NCBI GenBank assembly: GCA_044440125.1
Contig: JBITAJ010000022.1
Coordinates: 160,001 to 224,000 of the forward strand
Direction of reading: 5' to 3'
Source of the DNA: Sedimentisphaeraceae bacterium JB056
GTDB taxonomy: Bacteria; Planctomycetota; Phycisphaerae; Sedimentisphaerales; Sedimentisphaeraceae
DNA length: 64,000 nt
Shown here: positions 40,609-51,100 of the stretch, piece after piece
Position numbering within the stretch: position 1 is the stretch's first letter
How the letters are laid out: each line of letters starts with the position of its first letter
The notes under the pieces: generated by a model
What the model was told of the DNA's origin: nothing
The model's database searches: none
What the model saw: the letters and a program-made list of their open reading frames with translations, nothing else
Made by a program: the position numbers and the translations under genes

Positions 40609-43299
40609 CTATTTAACTAATATCACCGTAGCAATTTCTTTTTTGGCGAGAATAATCGTTATCCTGTTGTCTTTGATCTGGAGGTCTTCGGTTTTATTGA
40701 AGTCAAAGTCGGCTTTATAGGCAAAAGTAACAGCTTTGAGTTCTTCTGCAAGCAAGGTTATTGCTGCTTCCTGCTCTGTATCGGCAGGGTTAAAGAACCT
40801 TAACTCATATTTACCATCACGCATTGAAAGACTGCTTATTACAGCCCCTTCGAGGCTCAATAGTCCGTTTGATGCAGGTAACTGCTTTTGAGGTTTGGCA
40901 ACATTGACATCACGTTTCTGAACGGCAAATGTCTTTATGCCGTTAGCAAGCTTCATTGCTTCATTATAGATTGCCAGCCTATCAGTTTCGCCATTGAGCG
41001 GCATAACCGCATACTTGAACGAAAGAGGCTTGAGCAACTGTCCGCCAGGTTCGCCTGATGTCATTACTGTTGTTCTTGTTGAGCGGAATAATGTAAGCTT
41101 TATCGGCCTTGATGTCTCATCAGGCACGCCACTCTCATAGAGTCCTGTGCTCATAACCGCAAGACCGCGTTTGCCGTCATTAATTGCCGTCCAGCTATAC
41201 TGAGGATTTGTATCAATATCCAGCTCTTTACGCTTATAATTATCCTGCGGCAGTTTTATCTGCTGTTCAATCACATCGAACAGGCTGTCAGCAAGATAAG
41301 TATCGCTTTTAGCAGAGGTTGGGAAACAGACCCTGAGCCTGTGGTCACAGATATTGTTATCAACAAAAGTCTCTACTTCCAGTTTCTGAGAATCTTTTTT
41401 CAATGTAAGGATACTTGTCACTGTAAGTTCCTTAATTTCTTCACTTCTTGTCATTGACGAAAAGTTGAATTCCGCCGGAACTTGAAGTATATTCTTGATT
41501 TTCAGCTTTGCAAGCTCCGGTCCATTAGCTATTATAGCAACATGGGCATTAGAAGCTTTCGAGCTGTAGATTTCATCATTTACCGCCATGCCGTAATACC
41601 AGCCGTCACCGATGTCCGCACTGTCTTCAAAAACAAGAAGATCATCATATGTCACGCCGCTGCGTTTATCCAGCATTGATACCGCCCCGCCTGCCGAGAC
41701 CTCAATCCTGAGGTATTCGTTTTCGAGGCAATTGCAGCTATGAGCTATCTGAGATTGGTTGCTATGTCTTACAGGCTGAGCTTCGTCAGCTTTTTCAATG
41801 ATAAGTGTTGTATATCCAAGAGCGTCAACAGAGAGTTTAATCGCAACTTTAACTTTAGTAACCGCGTCAACTGCCGGTGTACTGGTTTTGAAAGTCTTGA
41901 GTACCTTGCAACCTGTTTCCTGAGATACCCGCTGGTATTCAACAATATTGTCCTGAACATCTTTTAAGAAGAAGGCCGGCTTTGCTTCAAATCCAAAGAA
42001 TTCCTTAAATACAGGCCAATCCTTCGGTACAGCAAGCTCTAATTCCACAACCTCGTCTATTTCCTGCGGAAGAGGATTAAATACAGATACCTTTATCTGA
42101 CAGTCGTCAATATCAGCATCAGTCGCAAGTGTTATGCTTTTCAGAGATTCTGCAGTCAGTCTGTCGGCAATCTGCTTTGCCTGACTGAATCTGAACTCCA
42201 TATCCTTATGCACCTGATCGATACTGCATCCGCAGATAGAATCATGCGGATGGTTCTTTATAAGCCACTTCCAAGCGACATTAAGGAAGCCTGTCGGATA
42301 AGCCTTACCCGTCAATAGATTATCAAAAATAGAGAACGGCTCAGCCCAGTGACAAAGAGTGTTCTGGCAGTAAGTGTTATCCTGCTTTATATCAACGCGG
42401 CTGGAGACTACACCGGTTATAAGCCACTCATTATCTTTATAGTCTTTGGTAGTTTCCCTGAGCTGACCACGAATAACATCATCAACTTTAGAAAAATCTG
42501 CTTTCATTGCCTTGGCAAATTCATCAAGACCGGTGTGTACAAGCTCAAAGCGATCATCATCTTTTAGAAGCTTAAACAATTCGGCATAGGCATCCCTATC
42601 CCAGCACTGATGATCAAGACCGTCAAAAAGGAGTATCGGTTCGATATCATTAAGAGCAATTTCCTGCTCTATATAACCGTTAAGCAGAGATGCAAACTTC
42701 TCAGGATTAAAATCAACATACTGATTCTTAGCCGCTTCACGTGTGACTATGGCATAGTCACCATAACCATCACAGCCAAATACATAAGAACACACGCGGC
42801 TGCCGTCAGCACCTTCCCAGATAATATTTCTGCGTTTACAATTAAGCCCTCGCCACAGAAAGGCATTGTCTATACCAAATTTATTAAGTATCTGCGGCAT
42901 CTGACTGATATGACCGAACATGTCGCACAGAAAGCCGGTTCTTGAAGGCTCTGCACCAAAACCACGAACTGTATCAAATCCAAGCCTGATGTTGCGAATC
43001 ATAGCTTCGCCTGAAACAAGAAACTCATCCGGCAAAACATACCAAGGCCCGGCAACGATACTGCCTTCTTTTATATACTGCTCAACTTCAGTGCGCCTTT
43101 CAGGATGAACTTCAAGATAGTCCTCTAACAGAGCGGACTGGCCGTCTGCATAGAAAGGCCCCTTAAGCTCGCCGGAAGATATACCTTCCAATACCTCATC
43201 GACAAGCTCAACAAGACGATAACGATAGTCCTGAAAAACCTGATACCACTCACGATCCCAGTGAGTACTCAATACAAAATACAACTTCTTCTTACTCAT
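40609..43299 (-). CDS. GH38 alpha-mannosidase (MngB-like), no signal peptide
   Basis: THWDREWY Zn site, CDMFGH nucleophile, NHPHDSICGCS. Confidence 0.92.
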   Translation of the reverse strand: MSKKKLYFVLSTHWDREWYQVFQDYRYRLVELVDEVLEGISSGELKGPFYADGQSALLEDYLEVHPERRTEVEQYIKEGSIVAGPWYVLPDEFLVSGEAMIRNIRLGFDTVRGFGAEPSRTGFLCDMFGHISQMPQILNKFGIDNAFLWRGLNCKRRNIIWEGADGSRVCSYVFGCDGYGDYAIVTREAAKNQYVDFNPEKFASLLNGYIEQEIALNDIEPILLFDGLDHQCWDRDAYAELFKLLKDDDRFELVHTGLDEFAKAMKADFSKVDDVIRGQLRETTKDYKDNEWLITGVVSSRVDIKQDNTYCQNTLCHWAEPFSIFDNLLTGKAYPTGFLNVAWKWLIKNHPHDSICGCSIDQVHKDMEFRFSQAKQIADRLTAESLKSITLATDADIDDCQIKVSVFNPLPQEIDEVVELELAVPKDWPVFKEFFGFEAKPAFFLKDVQDNIVEYQRVSQETGCKVLKTFKTSTPAVDAVTKVKVAIKLSVDALGYTTLIIEKADEAQPVRHSNQSQIAHSCNCLENEYLRIEVSAGGAVSMLDKRSGVTYDDLLVFEDSADIGDGWYYGMAVNDEIYSSKASNAHVAIIANGPELAKLKIKNILQVPAEFNFSSMTRSEEIKELTVTSILTLKKDSQKLEVETFVDNNICDHRLRVCFPTSAKSDTYLADSLFDVIEQQIKLPQDNYKRKELDIDTNPQYSWTAINDGKRGLAVMSTGLYESGVPDETSRPIKLTLFRSTRTTVMTSGEPGGQLLKPLSFKYAVMPLNGETDRLAIYNEAMKLANGIKTFAVQKRDVNVAKPQKQLPASNGLLSLEGAVISSLSMRDGKYELRFFNPADTEQEAAITLLAEELKAVTFAYKADFDFNKTEDLQIKDNRITIILAKKEIATVILVK

Positions 43300-43371
43300 A
43301 AAATATCCAAAAAAACAATTTGCAATTATCAAACTTCAGAGTCAATTATAACTAACATATGAGTAAAGTCA

Positions 43372-45789
43372 TCATATTTTATTTACAGATACAGATTTTA
43401 TGAACAGCCAATCTTCTGTATTATTAACCAGACGAAAATCAGTGCGTTCGTTTTGTCTTGCCTCAAACGAAGCATCATTAATAATAAATTTATGACTCTT
43501 CCATTTTTTGCTTCCGGTCATATTGACGACATCAGAATGCCTCTTATAAGCTCCTGACACCGGTTGTGATTTATCGAGTGAATTATACTCAATTGCAAAA
43601 TTGCCCTTTGGACCATCAAAATATTCAAATTCTATTTCAATATTTTCTCCCAATGAATCCCTGAATCCAGCATCCACAGCAAAATAAATAAATTTCGCAT
43701 CACTTTTTCCTGAGATATAGAAACAGTTTTCACCATTATGCTCGGCAGTCTTATACGAACCGTCGGTAACGATCACCGGCTTAAGCCCTTTGCTTGTCAT
43801 AACGCTGCTGCTAACACCGGCAGCATCACTGTAGGGAGTGACAACTGGGGTAACGATCTTCGTTTTGAGTAAGTTGAAATAATTTTCAAGATCAACTATC
43901 TCAACTTTAGCATCCGGGTAGCGTTTCCTCGCCTCGGCAACGGCTTCATATATCATCGTCGGCGTTACAAGAATACATCTGTAAGCATTGAAATTCGCAG
44001 AATACTGCTCACTTTCAACCGATTCTTTGTATATCTGCAACACTCTTTCTTTGAGCTTATCAGAATGACCGACATGGAATGTCTGCACGAAAGTTACCGG
44101 AGTGCCATCAACCAACCGGGGCTCAAGAGGACAATTGAAGCCAAATCCGCCAGGGGTGATTCTGGCCGCCATCTTCGCCCACTGGTCATCAAAAGTATCA
44201 TCGATATAAAATGCGTTGTATTTTATGCCGTATCTGTCGTTAAGATCGTTGGCAAATTTTTCATAATACTTTCCACCATCTTCCTTTATACGCCCCTGAC
44301 GATTGAAAAGAGCATCTGGCTGTATGTATGCCGCTCCATCGCCGGAAAATCCCAAATGATCGTTAGCGGTTCTGTTTTCATAGATATATTTAATCGCATG
44401 AGGGATCCTGAAATTAAGAGCAGGATTTATCACCCAGTTTAGTGGCAGCTTACCCCTAGCTTTGTCATCATAGATAGCAGGCACCATCTGATTAGTCCAG
44501 GCACTGCCGTCATAATCCATCATCAGGAAAGCGACATAAGTAGTACCTGCTTCGTACTTAATAGGCTCTGGCTCAACAAATTTCGCATCTTGACGGCTGA
44601 CATGCGGCATATGCTGGAAGAACGAAGAATTGGCAATACCAAATGCGGCATCTCCATCGTTAGCCATATTGTAAGATGTCAGAAGCGAAACAAACTCCCA
44701 CTCAGTCTCTACATCGGCATGCTTTTCACCCTTGTGCGAAGTATATTTGATCCACCATGGAACAAAACCACCTACAATACCAAATTCACCATTACGATTT
44801 TTGTAAGATGTCTCAAGTATTTCATGCCAACTTCTATTATCAGCTCCAAGCGGCTGATCAGGATCATCGAAAGGCTTGCAATCTGCCCAAGGACTCAAAT
44901 CATAGAAAAAAGCCTTTTGAGCAACCCAGTAATCAGCATTGTACATGCCGTTTTGCTGTAACTCATTCCTATCACCAAGATATCCATACTGCTCAACAGC
45001 ATAATGACTACGGTAATCACCCCACATTGAAGCATCACAATTAAACCACATTTGGAAAGAATTAGCTATACCGGGACGCAAATATTTTTCAATAGCATAC
45101 TTATATACATCGTTCTTAGCACTACCGGTAGAAGCAAAAGACTTACCATTAAATACAATATCCTTCTTGCCGTCAAACATACCGCAAAGATCAAGCTTTA
45201 CTTCAAGCCAAGGCGCTGCTTCGCGAACCTTCTTATAAAATTTACCACCACCAAGATCTTTACTGACAGGCAGCAAATCTTCACATCCGGCTGCCATAAG
45301 AGCGAGATTTGAGCTTGCAGGAACCTTCATATCCCATATAACAAGCCCATTAACTTCTTTTTGATATTCATTAACCAAAGCTTTAAGGGACTTTAAAGGC
45401 TTGATTCTTCGACCTTTGAAATATCCCTGCTTTTTAAAGTTAGAGAACCAATAGCGGTCGAGCTCGGTAACAGGCTTATCCTGATAATCAGGCTGAGAGT
45501 AGTGCTTAGTTTCAACATCAAAAAGAGCAAGAGCAGCAAAGATGTAAAGCCTTGGCTGATCCCTGTTAACAATTCCCTGCAATGCGGTTATGAAATAGAG
45601 AGCATCCGCTCTTTCCTCTATAGTATCTATCCCTGCACTGTCAAAATAATCCCATACATCAAATACGGCTACATCACCGGGTACAACGTATTGCTCCTGA
45701 GCAGAAAATGCCACAGCACCAAATACCATACAAACCAAAATAATATTAAATATCTTCACCTTAAGTTCCTTCATTAAAATAATATTCAT
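43372..45789 (-). CDS. Secreted GxGYxYP-family putative glycoside hydrolase with C-terminal CBM-like domain
   Basis: ALQGIVNRDQPRLY, TGSAKND.Y, MDYD, GDGAAYIQP. Confidence 0.75.
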   Translation of the reverse strand: MNIILMKELKVKIFNIILVCMVFGAVAFSAQEQYVVPGDVAVFDVWDYFDSAGIDTIEERADALYFITALQGIVNRDQPRLYIFAALALFDVETKHYSQPDYQDKPVTELDRYWFSNFKKQGYFKGRRIKPLKSLKALVNEYQKEVNGLVIWDMKVPASSNLALMAAGCEDLLPVSKDLGGGKFYKKVREAAPWLEVKLDLCGMFDGKKDIVFNGKSFASTGSAKNDVYKYAIEKYLRPGIANSFQMWFNCDASMWGDYRSHYAVEQYGYLGDRNELQQNGMYNADYWVAQKAFFYDLSPWADCKPFDDPDQPLGADNRSWHEILETSYKNRNGEFGIVGGFVPWWIKYTSHKGEKHADVETEWEFVSLLTSYNMANDGDAAFGIANSSFFQHMPHVSRQDAKFVEPEPIKYEAGTTYVAFLMMDYDGSAWTNQMVPAIYDDKARGKLPLNWVINPALNFRIPHAIKYIYENRTANDHLGFSGDGAAYIQPDALFNRQGRIKEDGGKYYEKFANDLNDRYGIKYNAFYIDDTFDDQWAKMAARITPGGFGFNCPLEPRLVDGTPVTFVQTFHVGHSDKLKERVLQIYKESVESEQYSANFNAYRCILVTPTMIYEAVAEARKRYPDAKVEIVDLENYFNLLKTKIVTPVVTPYSDAAGVSSSVMTSKGLKPVIVTDGSYKTAEHNGENCFYISGKSDAKFIYFAVDAGFRDSLGENIEIEFEYFDGPKGNFAIEYNSLDKSQPVSGAYKRHSDVVNMTGSKKWKSHKFIINDASFEARQNERTDFRLVNNTEDWLFIKSVSVNKI

Positions 45790-45825
45790 TTCTTTGACTT
45801 CTTAACAAAACATATAACTCAATCA

Positions 45826-47040
45826 TTAAAAATCGTTGCCCAATTTATCAAAACATGCAACGGTCTTAATCTCAGCATTAGGATTGCGATTGTCTATCGG
45901 CTTATCTGCCACGTAATTTCGCATATTACAGCCAACCATTGTTACCATAACCCTATCACTACCCTTTACCAACATATAATCCTGCGATTTACCTATGGTA
46001 GTCAGTGCACCATTATGGCCAGAAAATGACTCGACATTTGTTATAGCACATCCACCCTTTCCTTCGATTATAAACGGATGTATATCTTCAACCCTCTTTC
46101 CTACATTGGCTATTATTGAACCCTGAGCTATCTGCCAGCAACGATTAAAATCGTTTCCACCAAGTTTATGTATGCCTACAGTAACACAGTCAAGATTGAA
46201 ATTTGTCAGCTGACCGTAAGTTTCAGGCCCAAGATATATCCCGCCGTAAGCGCCAAAAGTAAAGAGGTCGATCAATTGAGCATTGTCCGTATGGTCGATG
46301 GTATAGGTAAATGTACCTCTATTCACAACCGAATCAATAACAGCTTTGCTGTAGCCACCGTCAATAAAGCGTCTGTTAGCCGGATTGACATGACAATGGA
46401 GTATTCGCGGGATATCATAACAATAATCTACTCTTATAAACTCACCACTCAACGGATAACCATAACAATGTTCAAACAATATCTGCTCTACAATATGTTT
46501 TGATGAACCACAGAAATCCATTGCCAAAAATTCACCATAGAACGTAAGACAGGAAAGCGTAACACCCTGCGATCCTTTTGTTTTTGACGCCTGTATAGTT
46601 GCCGGATATTCAATTATCTTTTGTGGATCGTCTAATTCCTGCTCAGGATACCAGAACTGCAAACCTCTTATCTGAGTAGCATTTTCAACCGTTATGAACA
46701 CATTCTCTTTATCAGTAATAGCAATCACACTGCCAACGGGCTGTTTTTTATCAGGATGAGAAGTGCCTCTTCCCACCGGCCCATGAACGCCTACAAGCGA
46801 GACATTGGCTTTAAGCACAAGCCCGCCATCAATCCTGTAAGGCATATCTGAAGGTTCAAAAAATAATGCCGCTCCCTTAGGGCTTGCCCAGTCAATAGCA
46901 TTTTGAAGATTCTTACTATTTTCAGCCGCGGTATTGGAAGGGAGTACATTAAAAGATTGCACGCTTCTGTAACACTCAGAATTATCTGCAAAAATCGCAG
47001 CGGAACAAAACAAGCAAAGTAATACCGTAAACAACTTCAT
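45826..47040 (-). CDS. Secreted parallel beta-helix (pectin-lyase-like fold) protein
   Basis: Signal peptide; N..NLQNAID..A..G..LF......YRI...L.L..NV.L.G capping motif. Confidence 0.7.
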   Translation of the reverse strand: MKLFTVLLCLFCSAAIFADNSECYRSVQSFNVLPSNTAAENSKNLQNAIDWASPKGAALFFEPSDMPYRIDGGLVLKANVSLVGVHGPVGRGTSHPDKKQPVGSVIAITDKENVFITVENATQIRGLQFWYPEQELDDPQKIIEYPATIQASKTKGSQGVTLSCLTFYGEFLAMDFCGSSKHIVEQILFEHCYGYPLSGEFIRVDYCYDIPRILHCHVNPANRRFIDGGYSKAVIDSVVNRGTFTYTIDHTDNAQLIDLFTFGAYGGIYLGPETYGQLTNFNLDCVTVGIHKLGGNDFNRCWQIAQGSIIANVGKRVEDIHPFIIEGKGGCAITNVESFSGHNGALTTIGKSQDYMLVKGSDRVMVTMVGCNMRNYVADKPIDNRNPNAEIKTVACFDKLGNDF

Positions 47041-47056
47041 AAAAACTCCTTATCCT

Positions 47057-48169
47057 TTATTTGAAATTTCTAACCGTTTCAACCATCGCCTTGACATTTT
47101 CAAACGGAATATCATAAAACAGATAATCCGATGCCGCTACCATATGTTTGAACCCCTTAGTTGCCTCAAGAACCTCAATAGTTTTTTCTTTTACATCATC
47201 AACCGAACCATCAAGCAGAACATCAAGCCCGACATTACCCCTTGTACAAATCTTTTCAGGAAGTATCTCACGGGCTTTTTGCAATGATTCGACATTGCCT
47301 ACCGGCGGTGGAGAGAGCGTCTCAAACAAATCTATCCCCATCCGATTATACAAACCCATATCAAGGAAAGGCTGAATAGGTGAGCAGATATGAGTATAAA
47401 CCAATCCGCCTATAGCATGAATATGATCGGTTAATACCTTCGAATCGGGAATAAGGAAATCCTCATACAATTGCGGGGAAAGCATCTCTGAACCCGGGCC
47501 TCCAAGAAAAACAAAATCAGCCCCAGCCTCAAACACCTTATCAACTATTTCGAGGTTCACTTCAAGAATATGATCGCAACATTTGCGGTAAAGTTCAGGA
47601 TACAACATTGAAAACATCACGAGATTATCAACTGTCATCAGCCCAAAAAGTTCAAACGGCTGCATATTCCATTGAACTGAAACCGGTGCATATTCATGTA
47701 TATGGTCAATTTGCGGCGCAAGCTCGCGTCCAAGTTCGCAAGCAACCTTGCCGTAATTATCTGCATACCATCTCACTATATCAAAAGCTTTTTCGCCATC
47801 ATTGAATGTAAGAGGATAGTCGAGCGGTACGATACCCTGCTTAGGCAGTTCATGGTTCTTCCAATGAAGCAAGCCATATGGAGACTCTATCTGAGCCTCC
47901 ATAATACGCTCATGTTCAGAGAAAACAGTTTTCCACTCTCGCTTCAATGCATGATTAAACTCACCGGCATCGGGCAAGCCAATATTTATCAAAGGCTCAC
48001 ATTCTACCTTTTGATAGGCCTCAATAGTATCATCAACAGTGGTCTCGCTATTCCAGAGTTTACCGGCAAGCTTTGTATCAAAACCTGCTCCAGCTCCAAT
48101 CTGCAGTGAAACAAAAGGCTCATCGCCGCCGTTTTTAACATAATCAATAAATTTGTCACGAGATGTCAT
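47057..48169 (-). CDS. Uroporphyrinogen decarboxylase/MtaA-like TIM-barrel protein
   Basis: AGAD, LSP.LYEDF.IP, THIC, RGNV, P.ENVKAM. Confidence 0.8.
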   Translation of the reverse strand: MTSRDKFIDYVKNGGDEPFVSLQIGAGAGFDTKLAGKLWNSETTVDDTIEAYQKVECEPLINIGLPDAGEFNHALKREWKTVFSEHERIMEAQIESPYGLLHWKNHELPKQGIVPLDYPLTFNDGEKAFDIVRWYADNYGKVACELGRELAPQIDHIHEYAPVSVQWNMQPFELFGLMTVDNLVMFSMLYPELYRKCCDHILEVNLEIVDKVFEAGADFVFLGGPGSEMLSPQLYEDFLIPDSKVLTDHIHAIGGLVYTHICSPIQPFLDMGLYNRMGIDLFETLSPPPVGNVESLQKAREILPEKICTRGNVGLDVLLDGSVDDVKEKTIEVLEATKGFKHMVAASDYLFYDIPFENVKAMVETVRNFK

Positions 48170-48181
48170 TAAAATATATTC

Positions 48182-51100
48182 CTATTTTGAATCCCAAATT
48201 AAAATATTGTCTCTAAGAGTCCCATTATAAATACGCAAGATACCACTATCGGAAAGAGTCAGGTAATAATCGCCAGTCGTTCCCGATGTATTGCTTTGCC
48301 ACGGTACACCATTATTACCACTTGGCGGCGTCCCTTTATAAATAACAAGATTACCATCATCCTGCATTTTCAGGTAATAGTCATCTGTTGTTCCTGCACT
48401 GTCAGAATTCCAGATTACCCCTTGAATATCATAAGGACTGCTGCCTTCATAGACAACCAAGTTACCATCATCCTGCATTTTTACAAAACTTTTCGATTTT
48501 GTCGATGTCTCATAATAATTATCCTCAAGATATTCGCCATCAAAGAGTACTATCTTATCATCATCAGAAGCCCATACCTTCTCTCCGCTTCCAACTGTTC
48601 CCATATAAGCTTTCAGCACACCATCTGTTGTCAGAGTCAGATAATAAGTATCGGTCGCATCCGAAGTATAGCTTGTCCATAGAACACCTAGATTCTGCGG
48701 ATAAACACCCCTGTAGATAACAAGATTACCATCATTCTGCATTTTCAGATAATAATCATCAGTAGTATCTGAGCTATCGGAAGACCATATCAGCCCCTGA
48801 TTATTTGCAGGACTACTACCCTTGTAAACAGCAAGATTACCATCACCCTGCATATAGACAAAACTTTCGCTGTCGGCGGCAACAACATACTGTCCATCAG
48901 TCAAATACTCATTATTACCAATAACTACCTCTTCACGAGGGTCATCATCCGGATGCCAATATAAAGTCTCTCTGCGTATCTCCTGCATATCTGAGAAGCC
49001 GTCACCATCAGTATCAATATCATCCTGATCTGTCGCCACGATAACATCTCCTCTCCATTCAATATTGTTGGCACTTCTAAACCAGGTAACACCGTCACGC
49101 ACCATATCAATATAGATATCGTAATTTCCGTTTGTAGTCGGCGAATCAATACTTACACTGAAATCATAACTTTCCCCAGGAGCAACGGTTCCAGTAATAT
49201 AGAACCTGCCGTTTGCATCATAATCAGAACCATCCGGCTCTGTCCCCTTAGGAACTATAGCATAACTTAACCTATAATTATTAGATTCGCTCCATGTGTC
49301 CCAGCCATCATTACGAACAGTAACAGTAGCGTTATAAGTATCACCATTAGCAAGAACCCGCGGCACAGTATCATTTACCCATGTAGCACGATAATTATTA
49401 TTACCGCCAAGATAGTACCTGAGCAGGTAGTAGAAAGTATAAGCATCAAGGAACTGATGATTATTACCTGAAGAAGCACACGAATCCTGAAGAGTTTTCA
49501 ATCCTGTAGGTGAATAAAGAATCGTACGATACCATGCAAAATGCACGCCTGAAGAATAATTTATCATATCCGATAATTCATCAGGATTATCCGGTCCAGA
49601 ACGTGTTATTGCAGGGCTGTTTCCAGAGAGGAACTGATAGCTTGTATTGGTGTCAATACCCATTCCAATACCATCAGGACTGAAACATTGATAATTTGCC
49701 GCATCTGTTGTTGTCATAGTAGGAGCATTTCCGTTGAGCAGCCAGCCTGTTATGGAGTAATCCCATTGCCTGTAGTACTCTTTGCAATGCTTCTGCCATA
49801 TACTCACTGCACTTGGATAATATGAAGGAGCTCTTGTTCCATGCAGCAATCCAGGATTAAGATAACCGGCGCCGGAATCACCGGCAATAAAATAATCACG
49901 GTCTGTCTTATTTCTGTACATATATTCATATGCAACAGAAACTCGATCTGATGTATTTGGCGTTAGAGCCCATGAACATGCAAGATTGCCTCTATTAGAA
50001 TCATCATACCTGTCACCAGCCAACCAATAGAGAGTCCACGATGCCTGATCGTAATCCCCCATATACATCAGTATGTAATTTCCTGCAACTACATTACCAT
50101 TTGAATCTATCAGCCCGCGAGAAACCATGTCATCATATGTAGGAGCTGGATTCTGAATATGACGACGAGCCTTAACTGCCGGATTCAATCCATTATAAAA
50201 AGAACAATTGCTTACGTACGAAAGGCTCAAGGCATCACCCTCCATGTAGGCATTATATGCACTCAATAATTCTGCAAACTCCCACTCAGTCGGAACAGGA
50301 TCATGACTTCCACCAACCTCAGAAGTATACTTCTGATCCCAGTTCGGAAAACCACACACTTTAATCATTTCTGTTTTGCCGGTCTGAGTATTACACTCAT
50401 CGATAATAGTTTTGAATGTATCAAGGTCTGTTCCAACCGTCTGAGAAGTATCATCATTAGGAGCTTCATCTCCCCATGGTGAAAGTTCGAAACAGAAACC
50501 TTTTTTCATTATTGCATAATCAAGATTCGATAGCTGATTTTTAAGACTAATAGATGAACTGCAACCCCATAAATCAAGAGTATAGCTCAAAGTAGTTGGG
50601 TCACACAACCCTTGACTGAGATAATTCTCGACAGCCCATATATAGGCATCACACTTCGCACTGCCTGTTGAAGCAACTGATGTCTGCCATACTTTGCTCG
50701 AATTAACAGTATCTGCCTTAAGAGTAAAATGATTTACAGCCCTGTCATAAGTTGCACTGTTATCATGCTCAAGCATAAAATAAACAGAATAAAGCGTAAC
50801 ATCAGAACTGCAGCTCCATTCAACGGTATAAAGTCGATCATTACCTGACTGAAATATAGTCTTTGAACTGTAATCATCACCGGTAAAGGCATTTGCAATA
50901 CCATAGCCTGATATATCCGGGCTACTGCTGCTGACTGTAACTGAAGTGCTGTCCCATAATACCGGATGTGATTCGACATTCACCTGAACATCATCAATCA
51001 GATACTCACCCTGTATTCTTGCCAAAGAAGCATCTGTAATACGGAAAGCAATATTAACATAAGCTGTATCAGAATTTGCAATATGATGCTGATGTGTATA

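Noticed and set aside
47057..48169. Assignment as true hemE
   Set aside because: Lacks the N-terminal MRQAGR porphyrin-binding motif and any heme-pathway context
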